A DNA stretch of 64,000 nucleotides from a bacterium (lineage in GTDB: Bacteria; J088; JAWLBW01). Shown here piece by piece: positions 45,004 to 55,427 of this stretch. The translations under genes and the position numbers were made by a program. Under the pieces are notes generated by a model. That model searched no databases, was not told the origin of the DNA, and worked only from the letters and a program-made list of their open reading frames with translations. The stretch's first letter is position 1. The number at the start of each line of letters is the position of its first letter. The stretch spans positions 7,374-71,373 of the forward strand of contig JAWLHK010000008.1 of NCBI GenBank assembly GCA_041690355.1, written 5' to 3'.

Positions 45004-46760
45004 CTGCAGGATGGCACCTGGGTCGGCTTGCGTCGATTGCGTTTCTGCTCGCGACCGCGTGCGCAGGCGAGACCGACCCTGTCTCGCCCCCCGATCCGGA
45101 GCCTGCCCCTGCACGAGAGGGCACGCTCCTTGTTTTCCCGGGAACGGCCGAGGTCGGTCTCGGCGAAAGCTTTGTCTTTCGCGCCTATGTTACCGGCCCC
45201 TCTGACCCCGGCACGGTCTGGCAGATTCGCGAAGGGGGAGCCGGCGGTTGGATCAACCAAGGCGGGATTTACAGCGCGCCCATGACCGCGGGTGAGTATC
45301 ATCTCGATGTTCACAGCACGGCCTTTACAGAAATGACCACTACGGTCACGGTAAAGGTCCGGCCGCGGCTTGCCTGGCCACGAGTGGTCAATCCGACACC
45401 TGGTGAGAGCGTTGTGATTGAGCCGCTTCTGCGCGACGTAGCCCGCGTGCTGCAACCAGTGCCCGATCCTGTGTTCCGAGTACTCGAGGGTGATGCCGGC
45501 GGTACCATTACACCCGACGGCGTTTATACGGCGCCGGCGCGCCAGGGCTCCTACCGCATCGAAGTACGCTCGCGCTCGGGAGTGATTTTTCCGGCCGTAA
45601 TCACGGCCAGCGTTCCGGCCCAGCCCGTGTGGATCGCCGACTTCGAGTTTCCTGACGGCGGCGCCATACTGGGTGCCGCGGCATTACCGGACGACAGCAC
45701 GATCCTGTATGGGGGTAACGGCGTGGTATCCCTCTGGGGCTGGGACGGAAAGCCTGTCGAAGGGAAGACCGTCAGGATCTCGCCGGGAATGGTTTTTCAG
45801 GAGCACCTTGATATTCCGGACGCCACGGTGTTGGCTGCCGGCTCCTATCTGACGGCCGTGGATCATTCCGGCAGCATCCTGTGGACGCGGCATTTCTCGG
45901 CGCCGATCGCGTCTCTTGCCGAGGCAGGCCCAGACCGTATCCTCTTTCTGAGCTCGACTGGCTACGGGACCCAGGCAGACTTCGGAGAGCTGGACCGACA
46001 AGGGCAGATTGTGTGGAAAAGGAGAACGAACTGGAGCGCGCGGCGCGCCGTGAAGGCAGGCGAACGAATCATTGTGGCAGGCATCGGGGGTAATGATTCG
46101 ATCCAGGTGAGCACATTCACCGCAGACGGGTTGCCGGTGGCGACTTTCGCGTATCACCTTCCAGAGGCAGGTTACCTCGTGATTCGTCAGGCCGGACGCC
46201 GCCTGTTTGCCGCACAAGGCTCCGGTCCACTGGGGATCACCTCGCTCTCCAGCAACGGAGAAATCGCGTGGCGAACGCAGATACTGGCACGTGGCCGGTT
46301 TGCACGGGGCTCGATTACAGGGCTCGCAGAGACCCCCGAGGGTGACCTGGTTGCTGGGGGGGTTCTGCATGAGCGGCTGGCCGGTCGAGACTACCCTCGG
46401 CGTTGGATCGCCAAGCTCTCATCGGACGGGGATGTCATCTGGGCCCGGGAAATCCGGGGTCTCCGGTCAGCGCTACAGACTCTCTCCATTGCGGTTTCTC
46501 CGCGCGGCCTGATCGACTTCGTGTATTACGGATATGCGCTCGCCAACACGATGGGCCGTATCCCGCCGGACGGCTGGATAGCGATCCGCGAAGATGCAGA
46601 GTTCGAAATCCTGCCGCTCGACCTATCCACCCGGCCCCTTGCGTGGGAAAAGACCGAGCTGGCGCCTTTCCAAGTCGTCGAAAGCAGTTTTTCGCCGGTT
46701 ACGTACGACACGTACACCGTCACACCGACGTCTATGAACTATGCCCGGCTCGCTCCGTAA
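45000..46760 (+). CDS. Family-B lipoprotein B1 (about 586 aa; conserved Ig-like N-terminal half, variable propeller-like C-terminal half)
   Basis: Lipobox LLATACAG; ATGA overlap with A1; paralog of B2, B3, B4. Confidence 0.65.
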   Translation: MTAGWHLGRLASIAFLLATACAGETDPVSPPDPEPAPAREGTLLVFPGTAEVGLGESFVFRAYVTGPSDPGTVWQIREGGAGGWINQGGIYSAPMTAGEYHLDVHSTAFTEMTTTVTVKVRPRLAWPRVVNPTPGESVVIEPLLRDVARVLQPVPDPVFRVLEGDAGGTITPDGVYTAPARQGSYRIEVRSRSGVIFPAVITASVPAQPVWIADFEFPDGGAILGAAALPDDSTILYGGNGVVSLWGWDGKPVEGKTVRISPGMVFQEHLDIPDATVLAAGSYLTAVDHSGSILWTRHFSAPIASLAEAGPDRILFLSSTGYGTQADFGELDRQGQIVWKRRTNWSARRAVKAGERIIVAGIGGNDSIQVSTFTADGLPVATFAYHLPEAGYLVIRQAGRRLFAAQGSGPLGITSLSSNGEIAWRTQILARGRFARGSITGLAETPEGDLVAGGVLHERLAGRDYPRRWIAKLSSDGDVIWAREIRGLRSALQTLSIAVSPRGLIDFVYYGYALANTMGRIPPDGWIAIREDAEFEILPLDLSTRPLAWEKTELAPFQVVESSFSPVTYDTYTVTPTSMNYARLAP

Positions 46761-46785
46761 GCAGACGGACAAGGAGAGAACCCCC

Positions 46786-48591
46786 GTGACGTATCTGACA
46801 ACAATTCTGGCTTCCGTGCCATGGTCCACTCGCGACCAGGCGCGCCCGCCGCTCCGGCAAGGGCTGCCCTTGTTGCTTCTCCTGGCATGCGCCTGTGGCG
46901 GTGGGAGTGACTTGCCACCGGCACCCGCCAATCCCGATCCCCAGACTGCTCGCGAAGGCGCGCTCAAGGTCTTTCCCGATTCCATGGATATGGGCGTCGG
47001 CGAATTCCGTGCTTTCCGCGCCTTCGTCACCGGCCCGGCCGACTTGAAAACGATCTGGGAAATTCGCGAAGGTAATTCCGGCGGCCGGGTCACACAGGGG
47101 GGCGTCTACAGCGCACCCGTCACCCCCGGAGAATATCATCTCGACGTGCGTAGCGCGGCCTGGTCTGAATTGACCACCTCGGTAACCGTCCGTGTCCGGC
47201 CTCCTCTTGCGTGGCCTCGTGCGGTGAATCCGATGCCTGGCGAGAGCGTCCGAATCGAGCCGCTCATGCGCCTTGCGAGTGGGGAGCTAACCCCTGTACC
47301 CGACCCCGTTTTCCGCGTAGTGGAAGGAGGTGCCGGTGGCTCGATTACCGCCGGGGGGCTCTATACGGCTCCTTCTGAACCGGGCTCGTACCAGATTGAA
47401 GTCAGCTCCTCTTCGCATAGGATCTTTGCGACTGTAGTCACGGCCAGTGTGGTATCGCACCCTGTCTGGGTGGCCCGTGCAAAGTCGCCGACCGATGTTC
47501 ACGGCATGGTCGCGCTGCCGGATGGTTCCCTGATTTCCTACGGGGGTGGTGTGATCTCGCGATGGGACTGGGAGGGCCAGGTCATATTCAGCACCTCGTT
47601 CTCACAGCGGGGTTACTCCGATCACCTTGTGACCGCCGATTCGATACTGCTCTCCACCGGCTTCAGTATAGATGCCTTTGACCACGGCGGCGACTTCAGT
47701 TGGACCATCTACCTCGGTCGGTTATTGACATCCCTGGTTGAAACCGACGCAGGAACCTTTTTATTCGTTGGCGGCAGCGTTTGGCCCCTGGTCGGCGAGA
47801 TTGGCGCAGACGGGCAACCGGTCTGGATAAGAAAGGTCAATGGATACTACGAGACGGGCATCAAGAATGACGGCAATATCATACTGGCTGGCTCAGGTCC
47901 GGGTTATGAGCACGTTACGTTCGCCGTGCTTAACGAGGACACATCGCCGCGTGCAACATTCATGTACCACTTTCCGGGCGCCGGTTCGGTCAGACCGCAG
48001 TGGGTCAAAAGAAAGTTTCTCGCACCGACGGAATATTGGGGACTGGTCTCCTTTACGACTGCCGGAGAGGTCGAGTGGGGCGTGCAGTTTCTGATCGGAG
48101 GTCGAGTGGCTCGTGGGTGGATCGATGGAATGGATTGGATGCCCGACGGCGACCTGGTCGTTGCGGGGATCCTGCACGAGGAACTCGGCGAACAGCAGCA
48201 TTCAAGGCACTGGATTGCCAGGTTGGCCCCGGACGGGAAAATCAGGTGGGCACGCGAGTTTCGCGGACTGGGGGACTCCGAACGACTGGTCTCTCTCGAC
48301 ATTGCTCCAACGGGCCTGATTGACTTCACGTACCACAAGCAAGCTTTCATCCCCTGGGACCAGGACTGGGTGAACCTTTTCGGCCGCCTGCCGCCGGATG
48401 GATGGCTTGGGTTTCCGCTGGGATCGGAGTTCGATCTGGTTACGCTCCCGATGTCGACCCGGCCCCTCGAGTGGATACGCAAGGACACGAACCTCATTTA
48501 TGTGACCGATCCGGGTCTTAATCCGCAGCCGTTCACGACGCCGCCGCCGGTCACCAGCGCAACTCTAGACTATGTCCGCATTGCTCCGTGA
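46786..48591 (+). CDS. Family-B lipoprotein B2
   Basis: GTG start after AAGGAGAG SD; lipobox LLLACACGG; conserved block REGALKVFPDS...YHLDVRS...LAWPRAVNP. Confidence 0.6.
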   Translation: MTYLTTILASVPWSTRDQARPPLRQGLPLLLLLACACGGGSDLPPAPANPDPQTAREGALKVFPDSMDMGVGEFRAFRAFVTGPADLKTIWEIREGNSGGRVTQGGVYSAPVTPGEYHLDVRSAAWSELTTSVTVRVRPPLAWPRAVNPMPGESVRIEPLMRLASGELTPVPDPVFRVVEGGAGGSITAGGLYTAPSEPGSYQIEVSSSSHRIFATVVTASVVSHPVWVARAKSPTDVHGMVALPDGSLISYGGGVISRWDWEGQVIFSTSFSQRGYSDHLVTADSILLSTGFSIDAFDHGGDFSWTIYLGRLLTSLVETDAGTFLFVGGSVWPLVGEIGADGQPVWIRKVNGYYETGIKNDGNIILAGSGPGYEHVTFAVLNEDTSPRATFMYHFPGAGSVRPQWVKRKFLAPTEYWGLVSFTTAGEVEWGVQFLIGGRVARGWIDGMDWMPDGDLVVAGILHEELGEQQHSRHWIARLAPDGKIRWAREFRGLGDSERLVSLDIAPTGLIDFTYHKQAFIPWDQDWVNLFGRLPPDGWLGFPLGSEFDLVTLPMSTRPLEWIRKDTNLIYVTDPGLNPQPFTTPPPVTSATLDYVRIAP

Positions 48592-48617
48592 GGAGCGATC
48601 CATCAAGGAGCCTGACC

Positions 48618-49361
48618 ATGAACCTCAAGCCTTCCTCTATCGTTCTCTCGTTGCTGCTATCCGGGTGCGGCGGCGATGTGGGTGCCGACGCCGCGGCTCA
48701 GAGTTTCTCGCTTGCTGGAAAAGTGCTTTCACTCGAGGGGACCGAGCCGCTCGAGCGAACCATTCGCCTCGCGGGGAACGGCCTCGAGCATAACACACAG
48801 TCGAATGGCGAAGGCGACTATCGTTTTGCCGGCTTGCAATCAGGTACTTATGAACTGCAGGTCGAGGGGCGCCAATGGGAAACGGTCCTTATCCTCGGCG
48901 ATATGGTCAAGGACGTCATTCTTCCGGTACCGGCTGCGCCCCGGAACTTCCGGCTGGTCAATATCGGCGTGGTCAACGGCTTCTGTGTCCTGTGGGATGA
49001 CATGTCCGGGGTCGAGGCCGGATTTCGTATCGACGGGACAATGACCTTGGAGGCACCCACCGACCGGGTGGGGGTTCTGCGTGAGCTCGCCGTGCCGGAA
49101 ATTGACGTGCGTGACGGTCTCGAAGAAAGAGCAGCTGCTGCGTGGAGCACGAGGTTCTCCGGCACCTATTACCTGACCGCATTCAACGAGTTTGGCGATT
49201 CTGCCGCGGTACCCCTTGTGGTTTACGGGTATACCCCCGACGAAGTCCTGCTCGATTTGAAGGCTGCGCTTCCGCCGGACCAGTGGTCGAAGGACCAAAG
49301 CCTCTGTCTCAATACCGAACATGCAGGCGGGGGTCAACCTGCCTATATCCAACGGCCCTGA
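48618..49361 (+). CDS. Family-A lipoprotein A2
   Basis: Lipobox LLLSGCGG; shares KDVILPVPAAPRNFRLV and LTAFNEFGDS blocks with A1 and A3. Confidence 0.65.
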   Translation: MNLKPSSIVLSLLLSGCGGDVGADAAAQSFSLAGKVLSLEGTEPLERTIRLAGNGLEHNTQSNGEGDYRFAGLQSGTYELQVEGRQWETVLILGDMVKDVILPVPAAPRNFRLVNIGVVNGFCVLWDDMSGVEAGFRIDGTMTLEAPTDRVGVLRELAVPEIDVRDGLEERAAAAWSTRFSGTYYLTAFNEFGDSAAVPLVVYGYTPDEVLLDLKAALPPDQWSKDQSLCLNTEHAGGGQPAYIQRP

Positions 49362-49376
49362 ACAGAAGAGGCGATC

Positions 49377-51143
49377 ATGTTCCGGTTTCTTATGGCCTTC
49401 ATGCTGTTTACCACTGCCTGCGCAGCAGAGCCTGAATCCCACTCGGCACCCCCGCCGACGCCGGAGCCTGCGCGGGAGGGATCCCTTGTCGTCATCCCTG
49501 CTGCTGCCGAGGTCGGTCTTGAAGAGGGCTATATCTTTCGCGCCTACGTCACCGGGCCCACCGATCCGGGCACGGTCTGGAAGATCCGCGAAGGGGCTGC
49601 CGGGGGCTGGATTACCCAGGGCGGCTATTACAGCGCTCCCATGACCGCGGGGGAGTATCATCTGGACGTCCACAGCACCGCCTTTACCGACATGACGACG
49701 ACCGTGACCATCCGGGTTCGGCCTCGCCTTGCCTGGCCCCGCGTCGTCAATCCGAATCCAGGGCAGAGCGTCCAGATCAAGCCGTTCATGCGCGCCGCCG
49801 GCGGGGAGCTGCAACCCGTGCCCGACCCCGTTTTTCGTGTTCTCGAGGGAGACGGGGGAGGCACGGTAACCTCTGACGGCACGTATACTGCGCCCGGGAA
49901 ACCGGGAACGTACCGGATCGAAGTCAGCTCGGCCACGCACCGGATTTTCGCGGGGCTTATCACCGCCAGCGTTCCACCCCGACCCGTGTGGATGACGCGA
50001 ATCACTGCTCCGCGTGTTCACATGACGGGGGTCGCTGCCACCGCAGACGGTCACACGCTCGCGTACGGAACAGACGGGGCGCTGGCTTTGTTCGGCGAGG
50101 ATGGCGAGCCCTACCGAAGCTGGAAGATGACAGACGCCGATTGGACGCAGATTCACGGCCACCACGAAAATGCAGACGGCATGATGCTTCTCCTTGGGAA
50201 CGAGACGCCGGATACGCTGGTATCTCTTGACCGGCAATGGAACATCCGCTGGACCAGCCGGATCCCCTATACCTTTCTTGGCGTCAGCATGACCACGGCA
50301 GAGAATACCGCGTTCGTGTCGAGCAGCTGTAACTGGCAATACTGTTACGATTCGATATTCGGGGAGTTGAACGGTTCGGGCAGCCTCCTGTGGGCCCGAA
50401 GACTGAGCCTGACCTATCAGAGCGTCATGGAATCCGACGATCAGTTCGTCCTGGTAGACCCGAACGGCATTTCCGTCTCTACATTTGCTCGTGATGGATC
50501 GCCGCTCAAGCAAAAGTCGTTCAAAGGGCGTGAGATACCCGGCTATTACTCACGCGCAAGCCGGGTCGGCGGTGGGGCCGCTGTCTATTCAGACAAGGGG
50601 ATGGACCCGCTGTCGATGGCGCTTCTGACGGGTGATGGGGAGATGGCGTGGTGGGTTGAGTTCCTGGTCAACGGTCAGCCCGTTCGAGGCAGAATCGAGG
50701 CTGTCGATCAGACCCCCGAAGGGGACATTGTCGCCACCGGGACCCTGATGGAAGAGGTGTGGGTCAAGCACTACTATTCGAAATGGATTGCGCGTATTGC
50801 TTCGGACGGAACTGTGCTCTGGGCGCGGCGGTTCGGCGTCGAATTTCCTTACGCTGATCATTCACTGAGTCTCGCTGTCGACGATGTGGGGCTCATTCAC
50901 TTCAGCTATCGCGATTGGAGCGGGCTCAACCTCGTGGGTCGCATCCCCCCGGATGGCTGGCTTGCCATCCCCGGCGACGCCGAGGTTGACATGGTTCCGC
51001 TCACGCTGTCGACAAGGCCCATCGAATGGGAGCAGCAAGACTGGGGCCTGCCATACGTCTGGAATGCCTATTTCACGTCGGTTACGGATGATGCCCTGAC
51101 GATTACATCCTTCACCCCGGATTACGTCCGCATTGCGCCTTGA
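49377..51143 (+). CDS. Family-B lipoprotein B3
   Basis: Lipobox LFTTACAA; N-terminal half about 75% identical in protein to B1. Confidence 0.65.
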   Translation: MFRFLMAFMLFTTACAAEPESHSAPPPTPEPAREGSLVVIPAAAEVGLEEGYIFRAYVTGPTDPGTVWKIREGAAGGWITQGGYYSAPMTAGEYHLDVHSTAFTDMTTTVTIRVRPRLAWPRVVNPNPGQSVQIKPFMRAAGGELQPVPDPVFRVLEGDGGGTVTSDGTYTAPGKPGTYRIEVSSATHRIFAGLITASVPPRPVWMTRITAPRVHMTGVAATADGHTLAYGTDGALALFGEDGEPYRSWKMTDADWTQIHGHHENADGMMLLLGNETPDTLVSLDRQWNIRWTSRIPYTFLGVSMTTAENTAFVSSSCNWQYCYDSIFGELNGSGSLLWARRLSLTYQSVMESDDQFVLVDPNGISVSTFARDGSPLKQKSFKGREIPGYYSRASRVGGGAAVYSDKGMDPLSMALLTGDGEMAWWVEFLVNGQPVRGRIEAVDQTPEGDIVATGTLMEEVWVKHYYSKWIARIASDGTVLWARRFGVEFPYADHSLSLAVDDVGLIHFSYRDWSGLNLVGRIPPDGWLAIPGDAEVDMVPLTLSTRPIEWEQQDWGLPYVWNAYFTSVTDDALTITSFTPDYVRIAP

Positions 51144-51189
51144 CGGCCGCGCGAACGCCAAGACGAACCCGGTCGAAACGAGACCACTC

Positions 51190-51921
51190 ATGAGACGATC
51201 TTTCCAACATATTCTTTTCGTCCTTCTGCTCTCCTCCTGCGGCGGCGTGCAGGCCGGCAACCCCGTGGGCCCGGGCCGCTACTCGCTCACCGGCACGGTG
51301 CTCTCGCTCGAGGGGAACGATCCGCTGCAGCGCACGGTGCGGGTGGTGGGTAACGGCCTGGATCGAAAGACCGCATCCGACGCGGATGGCGCTTACCGGA
51401 TTACCGACCTCGAGTCGGGAACCTACAGCATGTCCGTCGACGGAAAGCATACCGAGACCGTCGTCGTCGAAGAGGATACGGTGAAGAACGTGGTCCTTCC
51501 GGTCCCGGCCGCGCCGAAGAACTTCCGCTTCGTCGAGATCGGCGTCCTCAACGGCCTGTGCCTGCTCTGGGACGATGTTTCCGGCGTCGAGGCCGGGATG
51601 CGCATCGACGGGCCGCTCCCCTTTGAGATCCACACCAACTACGAAGGGTTGCGGCAGAGTATCGAGATTGGCGATCCCCAGGTGCGCGAAGGGCTTGAGA
51701 CCCGCGCCGCCGCGGCGTGGAACGAGAGCGTGCCGGGCACGTATGTGCTGACGGCGTACAACGAATTCGGCGATTCGGCGCCCGTGTACCTCGAAATCTA
51801 CGGCTACGCCGTCTCGGACGTTCCGCTTTTCGAGCGCGATCCCTACGAGCCGACCGTAGACGAGCAGAGATGTCTGGAGACGGCCGCCGACGCGAACCCG
51901 CGTTTCCTCGAGAGCCGGTAA
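51190..51921 (+). CDS. Family-A lipoprotein A3
   Basis: Lipobox LLLSSCGG; 5' end near-identical to A1. Confidence 0.65.
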   Translation: MRRSFQHILFVLLLSSCGGVQAGNPVGPGRYSLTGTVLSLEGNDPLQRTVRVVGNGLDRKTASDADGAYRITDLESGTYSMSVDGKHTETVVVEEDTVKNVVLPVPAAPKNFRFVEIGVLNGLCLLWDDVSGVEAGMRIDGPLPFEIHTNYEGLRQSIEIGDPQVREGLETRAAAAWNESVPGTYVLTAYNEFGDSAPVYLEIYGYAVSDVPLFERDPYEPTVDEQRCLETAADANPRFLESR

Positions 51922-51938
51922 CGAAAAGGAGCCCCATC

Positions 51939-53669
51939 ATGAAGCACATCCGCATTTTTCCTTTCGCACTCCTGCTCGCGTTTGCGGCCTGCGCGGCTGA
52001 GGATACCGCAACGCCCGCAGCGCGCACGCACGGAACCATTGTCGTGCAGCCGGCGGCGGCCGAACTCGGCTTCGGAGAAACGGTCGCCTTTCGCGCCCGG
52101 GTAACCGGCCCCACCGATCCGGGTACGGAGTGGAGCGTGCGCGAAGGCGCTGCCGGCGGGGTGGTGCAGGCCAACGGTATCTACACGGCGCCGGCCGTTG
52201 CGGGCGAGTACCATCTGGACGTGCGCAGCCGCGCGCACCCCGAGCTCGTGACGACGGTGGCCGTGGTCGTTCGCGGGCGGCTGGCGCATCCGTGGGTAGT
52301 CAACCCGTTGCCGGGCGAGGGTGTGCAGCTCGAGCCCCGCGTGGCGATCGCCGGGCAGGCTTCCGCGCCGCTCACCGATCCGGTCTGGCGGGTCCTCGAT
52401 GGCGACGCCGGCGGCAGCATTACGCCGGGCGGCGTCTACACTGCTCCTGCACACGCGGGCTCCTTCCGCATCGAGGTGGGTTCTGCTTCGCACAGCGTCT
52501 TTCCCACCATTCTCACCGCCAGCGTGCCGCCCGAACCCGTCTGGGCCCGAAGCTTCGGCGTCAAGCAGCTGAATGCGGTCGCCCTTCTCCCGGATGCGCG
52601 CACGGCGACGATCGCCGGTACGCGAACGGGCTTCTGGGATACGCGGGCCGAGCTCGAGACCGCGTTCGTGTTCAAGGAATTTTTCTACGGCGCCTACGCG
52701 CAAGCGCTCACGTCCGACGGTTTCGTCATTGCCTCGCGTTCGCTGGGCACGCGCGTGACGGCTTTTCACTCCGGCGGCGGCGTGCAATGGAGCACCGATC
52801 TGCCGCTGCGCGTGCACGGCCTCAAAGTGCAGAGCGGCGACGAAGTGTTCTTTACCAGCGAAGACGGACGCTACGGTCTGCTCGACGCGCGGGGCGAACT
52901 CCTCTGGGTCAAGGACGTTGCGCAGGCGCGCATGCTCGCGGGCGGCGGTCGCGACGATGAGGGGTTCACGCTCTTCGACGCCAAGGGGACGCTCCGGGTG
53001 CACCGCCTGGCGCCCGACGGATCGCCGCGCTCCCGCGTGGAATACGTGCCGCCGCGAGAATTCGTGATTGACGATTTTGAGGTGCACCCGCTCGGCGACA
53101 CGTATGCCGTACGCTATATCGATCTCTATGGGCTGACCGTTCCCGGGCTTCTGCGCTTCGGCTTCGACGGAAGTTTCCAGTCGGGCTTCACGCTCGAGCA
53201 TGACGGTGCTCCGCTCGAGGGGTGGATTACCGGCGTGTCTCAGGCGCCCGACGGCGACCTGCTGCTGACCGGCACGGCCCGGGTCCGCGACATCCTTGGC
53301 GAGTACGCCCCCTGGTTTGCACGGCTCGATCCCGAGGGGCATGTCCGTTGGGCGCATCGTTTTCACATTCCGGGCGACTCGCTCCCGTGGCTGGGCGGCG
53401 GTGCGGTAACTCCCTCGGGCATGCTGCTGCTGTGGGGAACCCAGAATGGCGCGGCCTGGATGGCCCGGGTTCCGGCCGATGGCTGGCTGGGTCTGCCCGA
53501 GAACGCGCCGCTCGCCTTGCGACGCTTCGACCTCACGACGCGCGATGCCGAGTGGTCTGCACAGACGCTGACGGCGGTCACGCCCACGGATGCCAGTCTG
53601 GATGCGGTGACGAACGCGACGGTGACCGTCTCGTCTGCGGGGTTCCCCTACACCCGCCTGACCCCCTGA
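51939..53669 (+). CDS. Family-B lipoprotein B4
   Basis: Lipobox LLLAFAACAA; conserved N-terminal blocks, divergent C-terminus. Confidence 0.65.
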   Translation: MKHIRIFPFALLLAFAACAAEDTATPAARTHGTIVVQPAAAELGFGETVAFRARVTGPTDPGTEWSVREGAAGGVVQANGIYTAPAVAGEYHLDVRSRAHPELVTTVAVVVRGRLAHPWVVNPLPGEGVQLEPRVAIAGQASAPLTDPVWRVLDGDAGGSITPGGVYTAPAHAGSFRIEVGSASHSVFPTILTASVPPEPVWARSFGVKQLNAVALLPDARTATIAGTRTGFWDTRAELETAFVFKEFFYGAYAQALTSDGFVIASRSLGTRVTAFHSGGGVQWSTDLPLRVHGLKVQSGDEVFFTSEDGRYGLLDARGELLWVKDVAQARMLAGGGRDDEGFTLFDAKGTLRVHRLAPDGSPRSRVEYVPPREFVIDDFEVHPLGDTYAVRYIDLYGLTVPGLLRFGFDGSFQSGFTLEHDGAPLEGWITGVSQAPDGDLLLTGTARVRDILGEYAPWFARLDPEGHVRWAHRFHIPGDSLPWLGGGAVTPSGMLLLWGTQNGAAWMARVPADGWLGLPENAPLALRRFDLTTRDAEWSAQTLTAVTPTDASLDAVTNATVTVSSAGFPYTRLTP

Positions 53670-53708
53670 GCTGCGCCCCTCCAGCGTCGAGCGCCCCGTT
53701 GCGGTACC

Positions 53709-54833
53709 ATGGCGTGCATGGATGCCGAACGGCTCGCCGAACTGTTGCGCCTGCCCGACGAGCGCCCGCACGTGCACGGATTTCACCCGTACCCGGCGCG
53801 GTTCTCGCCGCTGCTCGTGCGTGGGCTGCTGGCCGAGGTGCCGCCCGGTTCGCGGATCTTCGATCCGTTCGCGGGGAGCGGAACCGTGCCCGTCGAGGCC
53901 CGCCTGCGGGGCTCCCATGCGCTCGCGAACGACCTGAATCCGATCGCCGTGCTGCTCTGCCGCGTGAAGGCGACGCCGCTCGCCCCGAAGATCTTCGACG
54001 CGCTTGAGCGCGATCTGGTCTACCTGCGTAAGTACGTGGCCGGCCGCCTGGCCAGCCGCGACGAGGCCGAGCACGTGAAACTTCCGCCGGGACCGCGACT
54101 GTTCCTTCCCCATGTCTACTGGGAGCTCCAGGTACTGCTCGGCGGCATCCAGCGCGTCCGGCATCCCCACAACCGCGATATCTTTCTCGCCGCCCTCTCG
54201 TCCATCGTGAACCGGGTGAGCCTGCAGGCACGCGAGAGCCAGCCCGAGCGGCGGCTTCCGGGCGGGCGCGGCGGGCCGCGGACGGCGGTCCTCTTTTACC
54301 AGCAGGCCGAGCGGTTCATCGCCGATCTGCGGCTCTTCAGCCGCCAGGCGCGCGACGGCTCACTGCGCGTCTGGCAGGCCGACGCGCGGGACCTGGGCGG
54401 AATTCCCGATGCGACGGCCGACCTCGTGGTCACCTCGCCCCCCTACGGCGGAACCTACGACTACGCCGCCATGCACGCCCTGCGCAACGTCTGGCTCGGC
54501 ATGGACTGGGGGCCCTTCGAAAAGCTCGAAATCGGCGCCCGCCGCCATCAGGCCGAGAAGGATGCGCTCGCGCGACTGCGCGCCGATCTCCAGGCGGTCT
54601 TCACCGCCCTGCGCCGGGTCGTACGCGCGGGGGGCGGCGTGTGGTGGGTCATTGCCGACGGGGTCATGGCCGGCAAGGCATACCGGGCCGAGGAGCTGAG
54701 TGCCGAGGTGGCCGAGGCCGCGGGGTGGAAGGTGGAGGCGGCCGGCGCGGTCGAGCGGCCCATGTGGTCGGAAGAGGAAGCCGATGCCTATGCGAAGCGG
54801 GCGAAACGCGAGCATCTGATGCTGTTCCGCTGA
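53709..54833 (+). CDS. SAM-dependent amino-methyltransferase (DNA N6-A/N4-C or RNA N2-G class); orphan, no nuclease partner seen
   Basis: Motif I DPFAGSGT and motif IV SPPYGG. Confidence 0.6.
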   Translation: MACMDAERLAELLRLPDERPHVHGFHPYPARFSPLLVRGLLAEVPPGSRIFDPFAGSGTVPVEARLRGSHALANDLNPIAVLLCRVKATPLAPKIFDALERDLVYLRKYVAGRLASRDEAEHVKLPPGPRLFLPHVYWELQVLLGGIQRVRHPHNRDIFLAALSSIVNRVSLQARESQPERRLPGGRGGPRTAVLFYQQAERFIADLRLFSRQARDGSLRVWQADARDLGGIPDATADLVVTSPPYGGTYDYAAMHALRNVWLGMDWGPFEKLEIGARRHQAEKDALARLRADLQAVFTALRRVVRAGGGVWWVIADGVMAGKAYRAEELSAEVAEAAGWKVEAAGAVERPMWSEEEADAYAKRAKREHLMLFR

Positions 54834-54861
54834 GCGCAGCGTTCCGGTACAATGGATTCGC

Positions 54862-55329
54862 ATGTCATCCAATGAACTGGACGCCCTGCTGCGCCGGATT
54901 CGCGAAGAGGCGGTTTCGCGCGGCCTGCTCGTTTTCAAAGCGTCGCCGCTCTGGGACGACGATCTTCTGACCACCGTCGAATGGCGCGGCGACGAATCTG
55001 ACGCCGGCTGGCGTGAGTTTCTCGACGTGGCGGGGGCCCGCAAGGTTCCCATGCTGCTCGAGATCGCCCACTCGTTCGACCCCTCGGCGTTCGAGCCGAC
55101 GCCCCGCGATTTCCGCGCCCGGCTCGACCGCGAAATGCAGGAAGAATTCGAAGAACGCGATCAGATGCTCGCCGCTGCGAGCCAATGGGCCGGGCAGACC
55201 GGGCGCATCGAGATCGGGTGGATTGAAAACGGCGTCTTCTATCAGTGGCGCCGCGAGACCGACTGGTACCCCCGGGTCTGGGAGCTGGTCTCGAGTGGAC
55301 CGTTCGGTTTCGACGACAGCGAAGAATAG
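54862..55329 (+). CDS. Hypothetical acidic protein
   Basis: 155-aa ORF; no motif recognised. Confidence 0.4.
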   Translation: MSSNELDALLRRIREEAVSRGLLVFKASPLWDDDLLTTVEWRGDESDAGWREFLDVAGARKVPMLLEIAHSFDPSAFEPTPRDFRARLDREMQEEFEERDQMLAAASQWAGQTGRIEIGWIENGVFYQWRRETDWYPRVWELVSSGPFGFDDSEE

Positions 55330-55427
55330 GGGGGAAGAAGCGGCCTCTGGCCTTCCCCGCCCATCGCGCCCCGGGAGATCCGCCGGGCGATGGGGCGAGT
55401 CAAACGCAGGGATCAGCGAGGAATTCC

